DNA of 64,000 bases, from positions 2,602-66,601 of the forward strand of contig CAYYMT010000002.1 in the NCBI GenBank assembly GCA_964472715.1. The letters are read 5' to 3'. Below, one piece after another: positions 21,212 through 30,989 of the stretch; position 1 is the first letter of the stretch; each line of letters opens with the position of its first letter. Both the position numbers and the translations under genes were made by a program. The DNA is from an uncultured bacterium (GTDB lineage Bacteria > Fidelibacterota > UBA2242 > JAFGTP01). Below the pieces are notes generated by a model that ran no database searches, was not told the origin of the DNA, and was given only the letters and a program-made list of their open reading frames with translations.

Positions 21212-22471
21212 TTACAATGCAGAATACTCCGGGCTTTCAATTTCCGCAAATAACGCACGAATAAAAACGGCATAGGCACCCAAAATAACTGATTTTTTAC
21301 CCAGTTTGGAGACCTGCACTTCGGTTTTATTTCTGATCTGCGCCATGGAGTATTTGTTGAGTGAATAATTAACAGGGTCCAAAATATATTTCCCTGCCAA
21401 TGACACCACTCCGCCAATAATTATTTTTTCGGGGTTAAAAATATGTAATAAATAAGAAATTCCTCTACCTAAATTATATCCAACCTCAGACAATAATGAT
21501 GTCGCAAACTGGTCACCCTGGTTGGCGGTTTCAATGATAGTCTGAATATCCAGTTTGTCATAATTGTTCCCAACTATTTTTTCCAATCGTGTGGGTACCT
21601 TCTTCTTCAATCCTTCAATGGCCAGTCGCTGCAGCGCATAACCGGAGGCTACGGTTTCCAGACAGCCGCGCATACCACAATCACACAGCAATCCGTCTTC
21701 CTCCACCTGAATATGTCCGAATTCACCGGCCAAACCATCATTACCATTGTATAAATTGCCATTGGCGATGATACCAAGTCCAAGGCCCCAATTCACATTC
21801 AGGCACAGGACATTATTCATGTTTTGCGCCAGTCCGAATTGGGATTCAGCCAGCGCCATGACGCGGGCGTCATTTTCTATCACAACAGGTATATTTAATT
21901 TTTCTTCGAATAAATCCCGTGTCTTTTTCGTCTCATGGGTGAGATATGTATAACTTTCACCCAATTCATAGTTAACCAATCCTTTTAAAGCAATGCCGGC
22001 ACCAATTAATGTGCTATTGTCAATACCAATATTATTAACATGGGATTCCACGGCAACTCGAATATTTTCAACAATTTTTTCGGTATCTCCCTGTACGCTA
22101 ATATCAGTGACTTTCACATCTCCGATAATTTTTTTATTCAGATTGAATATGGCAATCTTTGTATTATAGGTTTCAATATCAATAGCGATGATATAGCGAG
22201 AATCAGGATTTATTCCGTAATAGGTTGGCCTGGGTCCCCCTTTTTGATTGGCTTCGCCCAATCCGTAGTCTCTGACCAATTCCAGGTCCTGTAATTCTTC
22301 AATTAGTTTATTCACCGTCGGCGGACTCATTCGTGTTCGGTTGGACAATTCGCGTTTCGGCATTTTTCCATCTGTATAAAGATATTTTAATATTGCCAGT
22401 TTGCGTAAATACTGTTTGTAGCCGACACCTTTTAAATCCTTCTGTAACCAGTTGTTCTCAATCGTATTCAT
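21212..22471 (-). CDS. ROK-family transcriptional regulator (NagC/Mlc-like)
   Basis: An N-terminal wHTH (MSPPTVNKLIEELQDLELV) is followed by an ROK sugar-kinase fold with the Zn-binding CDCGMRGCLE. The start is trimmed to ATG at 22471, which has a GGAGAAGG RBS. The 5' extension in the ORF track is unlikely to be real. Confidence 0.8.
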   Translation of the reverse strand: MNTIENNWLQKDLKGVGYKQYLRKLAILKYLYTDGKMPKRELSNRTRMSPPTVNKLIEELQDLELVRDYGLGEANQKGGPRPTYYGINPDSRYIIAIDIETYNTKIAIFNLNKKIIGDVKVTDISVQGDTEKIVENIRVAVESHVNNIGIDNSTLIGAGIALKGLVNYELGESYTYLTHETKKTRDLFEEKLNIPVVIENDARVMALAESQFGLAQNMNNVLCLNVNWGLGLGIIANGNLYNGNDGLAGEFGHIQVEEDGLLCDCGMRGCLETVASGYALQRLAIEGLKKKVPTRLEKIVGNNYDKLDIQTIIETANQGDQFATSLLSEVGYNLGRGISYLLHIFNPEKIIIGGVVSLAGKYILDPVNYSLNKYSMAQIRNKTEVQVSKLGKKSVILGAYAVFIRALFAEIESPEYSAL

Positions 22472-22749
22472 ATCACCTTCTCCATAATATCTTATCCGGT
22501 GAAAGTTAATAAAATAATTTGCTAACACACAAGTAGTTTTTTCCAAAATTAATAAATTTATTCTTTTCTGCTATAGGATTTTTTCAATTACAGATTTCCT
22601 CACTGGTTACTTTTCCTATAAAATCATTAAAACAATTGCAATAAAATGACAAAATTCCTGTATCTTTGATGACAACTAATTTCAATCTTTTTTAATCATA
22701 ATTTTGTTATGAATTGAAAATAGAATAAATTTCAAAAAAGGAGAAATCA

Positions 22750-23208
22750 ATGGCACGTAAATTATATCGCAACGACAAAGATAAAATTATTGCCGGCGTA
22801 TGCAGTGGAATCGCTGAATATCTGAATATCGATCCGGTCATTGTACGGATCATTGCACTGGGCTTGTTTTTCATGCATGGTTTTGGGTTGTTGACCTATA
22901 TCATCGCCTGGGTGATCATTCCCCCAAAGGAATTCAAGGATAAGGATGAGAATGAAGTAGAACCCGCAAAAAAACAATCAGCCGGTGGCAGCACCAAAAT
23001 AATCATCGGGGTTATCCTGATCATATTCGGGGCCCTGGTGGCCCTGGATAAATCTTTTTACTATACCCATTTTGTCACCAGGGTATTTCACCTGACCTGG
23101 GAATATTTCGTACCGCTGGCGCTGATTATTGCCGGGGTTTTCATCCTGATGCAGGGAAAAAAGGATACGGATAAAAAAGATGATAAAGATGTCAGAGATT
23201 TTACATAG
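22750..23208 (+). CDS. PspC-domain membrane protein
   Basis: 152 aa with an N-terminal PspC domain (DKIIAGVCSGIAEYLNIDPVIVRIIALGLFF) and TM helices. Confidence 0.8.
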   Translation: MARKLYRNDKDKIIAGVCSGIAEYLNIDPVIVRIIALGLFFMHGFGLLTYIIAWVIIPPKEFKDKDENEVEPAKKQSAGGSTKIIIGVILIIFGALVALDKSFYYTHFVTRVFHLTWEYFVPLALIIAGVFILMQGKKDTDKKDDKDVRDFT

Positions 23209-23226
23209 TCTGTTTTTTGAAGCAAA

Positions 23227-23267
23227 AAAAAGCGCTTGATTCATAGAACAAGCGCTTTTTTTATTTT
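23227..23267. terminator. Bidirectional rho-independent terminator between convergent pspC-like and nagA genes
   Basis: A 10-bp AAAGCGCTTG...CAAGCGCTTT hairpin is flanked by an A-run upstream and a T-run downstream, so it can terminate transcripts from both strands. Confidence 0.8.
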
Positions 23268-23276
23268 AGGTTTAAT

Positions 23277-24449
23277 TTAAAGATTATTCTTTTTTATGAT
23301 GCCTTTGGTCATTACCATCTTGATATTGAACTCTTTATCAAAAACAGTAATATCAGCGGATTTTCCTGGAATGATATAGCCCTTATCAAATTGCCTGCTG
23401 ATAACTGTTGCCGGATTACAGGCTGCCATTCGCAATGAGTCTTCCAGGGAAACGCCAATTTCATTCAGGTATTTGACACCCTTGATCATCGTAAGCGAGG
23501 AACCGGCAATTGTATCATCGCCTTTCTTTTTAAAAAGACCGCCGCTGAAATAAACCTCTTCGCCATTGGCCATTAATTTTCCGGTAGTCTGGCAGGTGGG
23601 CCGCAGTGCGTCAGTGACCATGACAATTTTGTGGATCGGCTTTACCCGCAGTAATAATTTTATGATTGCCGGGTGAACATGATGGCCATCGGCAATGACT
23701 TCACAACTGATATTGGGATGAATCATAATACCACCAACAACACCGGGGTCCCGGTGATGCAAGCGCCGCATAGCATTAAAAAAGTGAGTGGAATGCAGAA
23801 TACCGGCCTGCATTCCTTCAACCATATGTTCGTAAGTCGCATTGGAATGACCGGCCGACAAAACAATGCCCTGTTTGGTTCCGTACAGCGCCAGTTCACG
23901 CATATTCTTTAATTCCGGCGCAACCGTCATAATAGCAATTTTTCCCCTGGAAGTCTCATAATATTTTTTCATCAGATCCAGGTCGACCTCTTTCATATAT
24001 TGCTGATCCAGAGCGCCATGTTTATCCCTGGATACAAAAGGTCCTTCCAGGTGATGTCCCAGCACTTCCGCGCCGGGTTCATTATCCATGGCATCGGATA
24101 TGGCTTTTATTCCGGTTAAAAAATCATCCTCCTGCTGGGGATACATTGTAGGACAAAAGGAAGTCACACCATGCTCAATCAGGGCTTCCGACATGCCGTG
24201 AATCGCGTCCGGGGAATTGTCACTGGTATCATAGCCTTTGATGCCATGAATATGTGTATCGATAAATCCCGGTGAAACCACCGCACCGTTGACATCATAG
24301 ACTTCCGCATCTTTGGGTATATCTTTACTTGTAAATCGTTCATTGGAGATGACATCCTCGATCCTGCCATCTTTAATAATGACAGTATTGTTTTCGAGCA
24401 ATGCGACACCTGTAAAAATTTTTCCATTATAAAGTATGATTGTATTCAT
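23277..24449 (-). CDS. nagA: N-acetylglucosamine-6-phosphate deacetylase
   Basis: 390 aa from the amidohydrolase superfamily, with NagA-type metal-ligand motifs (GFIDTHIHG ... HF.N.M). Confidence 0.85.
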   Translation of the reverse strand: MNTIILYNGKIFTGVALLENNTVIIKDGRIEDVISNERFTSKDIPKDAEVYDVNGAVVSPGFIDTHIHGIKGYDTSDNSPDAIHGMSEALIEHGVTSFCPTMYPQQEDDFLTGIKAISDAMDNEPGAEVLGHHLEGPFVSRDKHGALDQQYMKEVDLDLMKKYYETSRGKIAIMTVAPELKNMRELALYGTKQGIVLSAGHSNATYEHMVEGMQAGILHSTHFFNAMRRLHHRDPGVVGGIMIHPNISCEVIADGHHVHPAIIKLLLRVKPIHKIVMVTDALRPTCQTTGKLMANGEEVYFSGGLFKKKGDDTIAGSSLTMIKGVKYLNEIGVSLEDSLRMAACNPATVISRQFDKGYIIPGKSADITVFDKEFNIKMVMTKGIIKKNNL

Positions 24450-24614
24450 TATTTTTTAATTTCCTTCTTAATGTTTTATTTTTTTTCTAACTAACTAAAC
24501 TTATTCAGGATTTTTTTCTTTTGCAACCCATTATTTTTTTCTGTTACAGGGTAAAATTATAAAAACTTTTTCATATATTACCATTGTTGATTTGTAATTA
24601 ACGAAATCTTAACA

Positions 24615-26738
24615 ATGACCTATTTCAAAAAACAGTTTTATCCAATATTCATCTACGGCGTACTTTCGGTCACGGTTCAGCTGAGTTTTATTAAAATTAT
24701 CAGTTTTGTCTTTTCCGGCAATGAGATTTCTATCAGTATTGTTTTGGGACATTGGCTGATATTTACAGCACTGGGCAGTTACACCTATGGCAAATATCAA
24801 CAAAAAATATCCTTTAATTCTTTTAACATTGCACTTTTATACATTATACTTTCAGTTCTGTTTTACTGGTCTCTCTATTATTTACGACAAATAATCGGTC
24901 TCGATAATTTTGTCATCCTTAGTAATGATAGGATATTTTTCATTTCGTTACTTTTCCTGGCCCTTCCCGTTTTTATCAATGGATTTATGTTCCCGGCCAT
25001 TACCGGGTCAATTTTTGAGCAATATGCCAAAGTGCGCATTAATCAAATCTATGGCTGTGAATTAATCGGAGCGGCGCTGGGAAGCCTTTTATTTGCCCTC
25101 TGCCTGAAATATAGAGGCAGCACCTATGAATATTTCATTGCCGTGGCAATTTTGGCAGTGCCCGGTTTTCGCATATTAACTCCCGCAAAAAGATATCGGC
25201 TTCTGTCCGCAATTCTGATTATTTTTTTAGGGATCACTCTCCTGTTGGAAGATAAATTATCAAAAATTTATTATGAAAAATTTCAACTGACAGCCAAAGT
25301 AGAGACGCCTACCGGCATCATTACAGAATTACAGCACAAAAAAGACATGACCTTATACGTGGATAATATTTTTATTCATAGCAATGAAAACCTCTCTGTC
25401 AATGAAGAAATTGTGCATTTTGCCTGTTCTATCCACCGGAGCCCTGAAAATCTGCTGATCATTGGGCCAACCAATCCCTTAATGCTGAGGGAAATCGCCA
25501 AATATAAAACAATTGAGCAGGTGACCCATATCAGCAGCAACGAAGAGTTGCATAAAAAGGTCTTTGCACAACATCCTGACTTAGATTTTCCCTTTGCACT
25601 CAATCATATTTTCAGCGATCCCTACAAAAAAATCAAAAGTATCAATGAAGATTTTGATGTTATTTTGTTAAATATTCCGGAACCTACCAATCTTAAATTC
25701 AACCGGTATTATACAACGGAATTTCTGCAAATACTCGCCCGGATTATGTCACCCAATTCCCTGGTGAATTTACGCCTAAACGGCAGTGAAACCTTTCTTC
25801 CGCCGGACAGGGCAAAACTCCTGAATACGATTAAAAATACGGTCAAAAAAACCTTTTCGGAAATTCTGGTAATTCCGGGAGGAACAATTCATTTTATCGG
25901 CACCAATAATTACAAAGATTATGATATTACAGATTTTTCCGTCATACCGGACACTACACATTATATCAATTCCTACTATTTAAGCGACAGGCTGACTCCA
26001 TTTAAAACAGACTTCCTGAAAAATAATTTAGAAAAAAATTCCACTGAAGAGATAAATTCACTGTTTAAACCCACGGGATATTTCTATTCAGCCCTGTTGC
26101 AGGATTTTCAAACCAAAGGATTTATTAGCAAAATTTACAGGAAATTATCAAAAATTCCGGTCTTTGCCCTCTATCTTTTTATTATCACGATCATACTCCC
26201 GATACTTTTCATCAGGAATAAAAAAAAGCGTTCTAAGTATAATATGATCTTTTTTGGATTTTTTGTAATGAGCCAGGAATCAATTCTGATTTTGCTTTAT
26301 CAATCCATTGCAGGATCAGTATATTTGCGCACTGCGCTGATTATTTTTTTATTTATGACGGGAGCCGGTATCAGCTCGCTTCTCCATAATAAATTTAATC
26401 TCAAGCTTAAACCCATATTTTTGCTGGCCAACCTGGTCAATCTAACTGCTATTTCCATCATATTTTTTAATCAGCTGGTTTTTATTATCAATGTTTCTAT
26501 CCTGATTACCGGTTTTATCAGCGGACAGGTTTTTCCTTTATTAATGAAACAGTACAAAAAAAACGAACTGATAGCGGGAACAGGAAAGATGTATGCTTAT
26601 GATATCCTGGGTGGAAGTGTGGGTTTATATTTAATTTCGATTATAATAATTCCGGTATGGGGATTTTTACCGGCTTTAATTTCTATAGAAATAATGTTGC
26701 TATTTTTATCAATTCATAATATTATTAGAGGCGCTTAA
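24615..26738 (+). CDS. Polytopic membrane protein with a central spermidine-synthase-like (class I SAM-MTase/aminopropyltransferase fold) domain
   Basis: 707 aa with about 7 N-terminal TM helices and a central soluble domain resembling SpeE (LLIIGPTNPLMLREIAKYK...DVILLNIPEPTNLKFNRYYTTEF), followed by about 6 C-terminal TM helices. The canonical GGGDGG dcSAM loop is degenerate. Confidence 0.6.
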   Translation: MTYFKKQFYPIFIYGVLSVTVQLSFIKIISFVFSGNEISISIVLGHWLIFTALGSYTYGKYQQKISFNSFNIALLYIILSVLFYWSLYYLRQIIGLDNFVILSNDRIFFISLLFLALPVFINGFMFPAITGSIFEQYAKVRINQIYGCELIGAALGSLLFALCLKYRGSTYEYFIAVAILAVPGFRILTPAKRYRLLSAILIIFLGITLLLEDKLSKIYYEKFQLTAKVETPTGIITELQHKKDMTLYVDNIFIHSNENLSVNEEIVHFACSIHRSPENLLIIGPTNPLMLREIAKYKTIEQVTHISSNEELHKKVFAQHPDLDFPFALNHIFSDPYKKIKSINEDFDVILLNIPEPTNLKFNRYYTTEFLQILARIMSPNSLVNLRLNGSETFLPPDRAKLLNTIKNTVKKTFSEILVIPGGTIHFIGTNNYKDYDITDFSVIPDTTHYINSYYLSDRLTPFKTDFLKNNLEKNSTEEINSLFKPTGYFYSALLQDFQTKGFISKIYRKLSKIPVFALYLFIITIILPILFIRNKKKRSKYNMIFFGFFVMSQESILILLYQSIAGSVYLRTALIIFLFMTGAGISSLLHNKFNLKLKPIFLLANLVNLTAISIIFFNQLVFIINVSILITGFISGQVFPLLMKQYKKNELIAGTGKMYAYDILGGSVGLYLISIIIIPVWGFLPALISIEIMLLFLSIHNIIRGA

Positions 26739-26771
26739 TTTTATTAAAAAATCAGAAAATTCCGGAGATGT

Positions 26772-28214
26772 ATGATGATGAATGAGATCCCCACCACCTT
26801 TAAAATTTTAATTTGCGGTCCTTTTAACAACAGTTTAAAATTGGATTATTCCATGCTGAGCAATACCTATGAAGATTTCAGGCGAAAGGTTTTCAGGAAT
26901 TTGCAGAAGTATAATTCAGCACAAAAAAAATATTATATTCAGCGGTACCAGGATAATGAAATGGCACTTCAGGACTGGCTCGATGAAAATGGCAACACTA
27001 ATACAAATCAGCTGCTCTTTGATAATCCCCAGGGCGTTACTCACCGGGACTGTGCTATTTTTTCTGCAAAAATTATCAAAACCATCACTCCGGACAAAAC
27101 ACTTTATGCCACTGTTGCTGATTATTTGGCGGAAGAACCAAAAATCGAATCCCTCACCATTAATTTCCATGAAAATGGTATTGGGTCATTTAGTTGCTTC
27201 GTGGACTTAAAACTCAAAAAATATATCTCCGCCGGGGATAATGAATACAAGCAATTTATGCAAAAACTCAGGGACTCTTTTGTACTGTCAGAAGGATTGC
27301 TAAAAACCGTGTCTGAATGTGATCAGCAGGTCCTACAAAGCGCCAGAACCGCTGTTCCAAAAGTTGTGGATGCAAAAAAAATCATCGACATCTCGGAACT
27401 TTATCCTCATGAACAACCGGGATTTCCCCTTTGGGGCCATTCCGTCGCTATCTTTGATTTTGAATATGAAGGCATGTTACCCTTCGGTAAAAACACCCAT
27501 AACATTTTAATCGTCAGTCATCCCGACGGATTAATTGATATGAATAGCCTCTCAAAAGGATTTATTCATCTTGGCTGGGGAATGTCACTGGCAGTGGGCA
27601 TTTCCCATGAAGAAAAAGAAAAATTGGCTTCCACACTGACTCAATTACAATTTTACTGGCGGTCCGCCCAGATCCTCAATGACCTGGTTATGAAATACCT
27701 GGAAAAATATACTTGCATGAAAAAATTCTCCAAAAATGAAATTATAGATTCAATGAATGAAATCGAAAAACTGACAGTGGAAAGTGAATTGATCTTTTCC
27801 TACCAGATGGATTACCTGAAAATGCTCTCCCCTCTTTCTCATTACCTCTACCAGGAAACAGCAAAAAGTTGGCGGATCAATGACATGATCAATTATTTTG
27901 ACAATAAAAAGGATGCTTTGGCCCATCTCCATGAACAGGGCGAAGCAAGACTCAAAGAAAGCCTTGAACAAAAACGCAATAAAATGTCCGACCGGTTAAA
28001 TATTTTGCTGTCAATTTTAGCTTTATTGACATTGTTCAGCTGGGCAGCGGATTCCATCGGCTTTCTGGATGCGACTCTGGATATGCTGCCAAACTTAAAA
28101 CCCTTTTTGATCGGCGGTAAATTTGTCGTCATTATATTGACGCCAATCCTGGTGATTGGTATCTTTTTATTCTTTTTCCGGGTCACAACAGCAATGGAAA
28201 AACTGGAGGATTAA
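26772..28214 (+). CDS. Hypothetical protein with two C-terminal TM helices
   Basis: 480 aa with no motif I can recognise. It sits between the SpeE-like membrane protein and the MFS transporter on the same strand with short gaps. Confidence 0.5.
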   Translation: MMMNEIPTTFKILICGPFNNSLKLDYSMLSNTYEDFRRKVFRNLQKYNSAQKKYYIQRYQDNEMALQDWLDENGNTNTNQLLFDNPQGVTHRDCAIFSAKIIKTITPDKTLYATVADYLAEEPKIESLTINFHENGIGSFSCFVDLKLKKYISAGDNEYKQFMQKLRDSFVLSEGLLKTVSECDQQVLQSARTAVPKVVDAKKIIDISELYPHEQPGFPLWGHSVAIFDFEYEGMLPFGKNTHNILIVSHPDGLIDMNSLSKGFIHLGWGMSLAVGISHEEKEKLASTLTQLQFYWRSAQILNDLVMKYLEKYTCMKKFSKNEIIDSMNEIEKLTVESELIFSYQMDYLKMLSPLSHYLYQETAKSWRINDMINYFDNKKDALAHLHEQGEARLKESLEQKRNKMSDRLNILLSILALLTLFSWAADSIGFLDATLDMLPNLKPFLIGGKFVVIILTPILVIGIFLFFFRVTTAMEKLED

Positions 28215-28247
28215 CCCATTCCGGCCCGCACAACAAATCTGCGGAAA

Positions 28248-29402
28248 ATGGGAGTTATCCATTTCCTGCTGGAATCCCAGTTCTGGTTTCCCATCTGGGT
28301 CATCTTTTTGCTGGAAAAGGACTTCACACTTCAGCAAATCGTATTTGCCGACATGATCTTTCGCGGTTCGATTGTAGTTATGGAATTTCCACTGGGTGTA
28401 TTGGGTGATAAAATCGGCCGTAAATCCACTTATTTTTTCGGCGCTGTGCTCGGGGTGATCACCTATCTGCTGCTCTTGATTACCAATAATTTTCTCACCC
28501 TGGCGCTTTGCTGGATCATGTGGGCCTTTTTTCTCAGTATGCTGTCCGGGACAAATACCGCTTACCGGTATGAATTACTGGCCACCAGGGAGCAGGCTAA
28601 GAGTAATGTGCGGTTATTCGGACTCTTTAATTCCATTGCCGCCCTATCTCTGGTGATTTCCCACTCTTCCGCCGGTTTTCTCTATGATATCAAACCGGCA
28701 CTGCCGATCATCATTAATTGCTGTTTCGCCGGTTTGGCGGCCTTATTAATTCTGACTCTCCCGGGTATTCCCAGGCCAAAGGTCAGTAATGCACCAAATT
28801 CACTAAGAGAGATCTGGCGCGCTTTCCTGATACTGGCAAAAAAGGAACGGACATTACTGGCAACAATTTTTCTATTGGCTATCTGGACAGCATTTCACTG
28901 GACACCAACCCTGCTTTATCAGCCTTTGCTCAAATCAATTGGTATTGGAACAGAATCCTTTGGGATCATTTTTGCGCTCTTTACCGGCATGGGTATTCTC
29001 AGTGGTTTTATAACCGGAAAGATCGCCGGCAGGATCGGTAATATCAAATTGATCATTCTGGGTTTAATAATGCAGGTTGTCGCCGTCGGTATTACCGCTT
29101 TCAGCAGTACAATTGCGCTGATTATTTTTGGAATTGTATTACTCAGGTTTGCTTTCTTTTTGTGTGAGCCGGTACTGAATATTATTCTGAATAACAATCT
29201 GACCAATGATATTCGCGCCTCAGTGATCTCGCTGGTTAATTTAGTCGCCAGCATCATCATGATCTTTTCACGTCCGCTGGTGGGACTGACAGCTGACCGA
29301 TATACGGTAAAATTAGCTTTTATGGTCTGGTTTGTGGTCGGCTTGGCAGCCCTGGGAATCAGCAGCCTGTTGATTGTAAAGCTAAAAAAAACACCGGCAT
29401 GA
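28248..29402 (+). CDS. MFS transporter
   Basis: 384 aa with 12 predicted TM helices and a major-facilitator-like layout. Confidence 0.75.
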   Translation: MGVIHFLLESQFWFPIWVIFLLEKDFTLQQIVFADMIFRGSIVVMEFPLGVLGDKIGRKSTYFFGAVLGVITYLLLLITNNFLTLALCWIMWAFFLSMLSGTNTAYRYELLATREQAKSNVRLFGLFNSIAALSLVISHSSAGFLYDIKPALPIIINCCFAGLAALLILTLPGIPRPKVSNAPNSLREIWRAFLILAKKERTLLATIFLLAIWTAFHWTPTLLYQPLLKSIGIGTESFGIIFALFTGMGILSGFITGKIAGRIGNIKLIILGLIMQVVAVGITAFSSTIALIIFGIVLLRFAFFLCEPVLNIILNNNLTNDIRASVISLVNLVASIIMIFSRPLVGLTADRYTVKLAFMVWFVVGLAALGISSLLIVKLKKTPA

Positions 29403-29441
29403 TCACACACCGGTGCTTAGATTGAAAATTCATAATCTGTT

Positions 29442-30050
29442 CTATTCGTATTTCCCGGTTAAAACCGAGTCCATCACACCGGCCAGTTTTTCCGCGCTAT
29501 GAAATCCGACGACATGTCGAATGACATTTTTGTCCTGATCCATGAATAAAATATTGGGAATACCAATCCCTCCATACTTACCGGCATTGCCATTGTATTC
29601 ATTGGCGACATCCTGCTGCTTGTCCACATCGATTCTTACAGGAATAAACTGTTCCGCTTTGTGAATGACATTGTGATTGGGAAAGGTTTTCTCATCCATT
29701 GCCTGGCAGGGCGGACACCAGGTAGCCATAAAATCAACCATTAAAATTTCATTGGTTTCAGCGGCTTTCTCCAGCGCGGCATCAATGTCATTTCCCCATT
29801 TTATTTCTTCAAAATTTTCTTTGGCTACAGTATTGTTTTCACAACCACCACATCCGTCATGAGTTTGGCCGCGGTCTGTATGGTCAGCATGATCATGGTT
29901 GTCAACCTCATGTGTATCATCGTCTTGGGTGTGCGTGTGATGTGTATCAGCCGTTCCCTTTTGGTCAGTTTGATTGCTACAGGCAAAAACCAACATTAGT
30001 GCCATCATCGTAATGATGAATAAATTTTTTCTCAATGCTTCTCCCTTCAA
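29442..30050 (-). CDS. Thioredoxin-fold lipoprotein with a His/Asp-rich N-terminal linker
   Basis: A lipobox (LVFAC|S) is followed by the His-rich segment HHTHTQDDDTHEVDNHDHADHTDRGQTHDGCGGCE and then a thioredoxin-like domain with WCPPC. Confidence 0.7.
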   Translation of the reverse strand: MKGEALRKNLFIITMMALMLVFACSNQTDQKGTADTHHTHTQDDDTHEVDNHDHADHTDRGQTHDGCGGCENNTVAKENFEEIKWGNDIDAALEKAAETNEILMVDFMATWCPPCQAMDEKTFPNHNVIHKAEQFIPVRIDVDKQQDVANEYNGNAGKYGGIGIPNILFMDQDKNVIRHVVGFHSAEKLAGVMDSVLTGKYE

Positions 30051-30095
30051 ATTGTTCTTACCAACGAATTCCTATAATATAAGTATGTTTGAATT

Positions 30096-30917
30096 TTAAA
30101 CCAAATCCTGCAATATTTTTGAGAACCCATTCTTATTGTTGCTGGTAGTTGTGTGAAATTTATCCCGCAAGGGCGGCGGACTATTGGCCACCACATAACT
30201 TTGCGCTGTCCATTCCAGCATGTCAAGATCATTGTAATCATTGCCAAAGCTGATCGTATTGCGCTGTTCTATTCCCAAATGGTCACAGACCCACTGGCAA
30301 CCGGATTTTTTAGATACCCGGGGATGAAAAATCTCCATCCAGATTGACTGATGGTCAAGGGGCGAAGTGGTTCGAATTACTTTAACATTTTCCAATTGAC
30401 GGCGGATGGCCTCGAACTTTTCCAAATCATCAAAAATGGCTAAAAACTGAGAAGCCAGGTTCAGATCGGGATGTACCACATGCATGCGGTCCGCATGATC
30501 CAAATAGAGATTTAGCCGGCGCTGAAAATCTTCCATAACCTCATCATGATGAAAATAATAAAACTGGTGATTGTCAGGCACTTCGCGGTGGAGCATGAAA
30601 TTTATCTTTTCACGCATCAGCAGAGCGGACACACTGTCGATCTGGTGACGGGTCAAATTGCAGCTGTGAATCAAATGTTTGGTTTTCCAGTCCATAATAC
30701 CGGCGCCGGAGGAAAAAACCACATAATCCACAGGAAAGTCTGGTGCAAGGGCCCTGTTTAAAGAATAGAGGTTCCGCCCGGTGGCGATTACTCTGGAAAT
30801 ATTTTTGTCTTTTAAATGATGCAGCATATCCAGATCAATCCGGCTGATTTCATGATCAGAATTGAGGAGCGTACCATCAAGATCGGTAAAAACGATTTTT
30901 ATTGTTGATTTATTCAT
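30096..30917 (-). CDS. HAD-superfamily Cof-type sugar phosphatase
   Basis: HAD motif I reads FTDLDGTLL, followed by a Cof-like cap. The start is trimmed to ATG at 30917 (MNKSTIKIVF...). The six-frame ORF extends to 31052. Confidence 0.75.
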   Translation of the reverse strand: MNKSTIKIVFTDLDGTLLNSDHEISRIDLDMLHHLKDKNISRVIATGRNLYSLNRALAPDFPVDYVVFSSGAGIMDWKTKHLIHSCNLTRHQIDSVSALLMREKINFMLHREVPDNHQFYYFHHDEVMEDFQRRLNLYLDHADRMHVVHPDLNLASQFLAIFDDLEKFEAIRRQLENVKVIRTTSPLDHQSIWMEIFHPRVSKKSGCQWVCDHLGIEQRNTISFGNDYNDLDMLEWTAQSYVVANSPPPLRDKFHTTTSNNKNGFSKILQDLV

Positions 30918-30989
30918 TTGATATTTTGCTTTTTTATACTTAGCATTTATTCCATTATAACCTAATAATCGAAAAAATACACAGAATCC

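Noticed and set aside
21187-21417. 76-aa ORF overlapping the 3' end of the ROK regulator gene
   Set aside because: It is fully contained in, and out of frame with, the well-supported ROK gene and has no independent signals.
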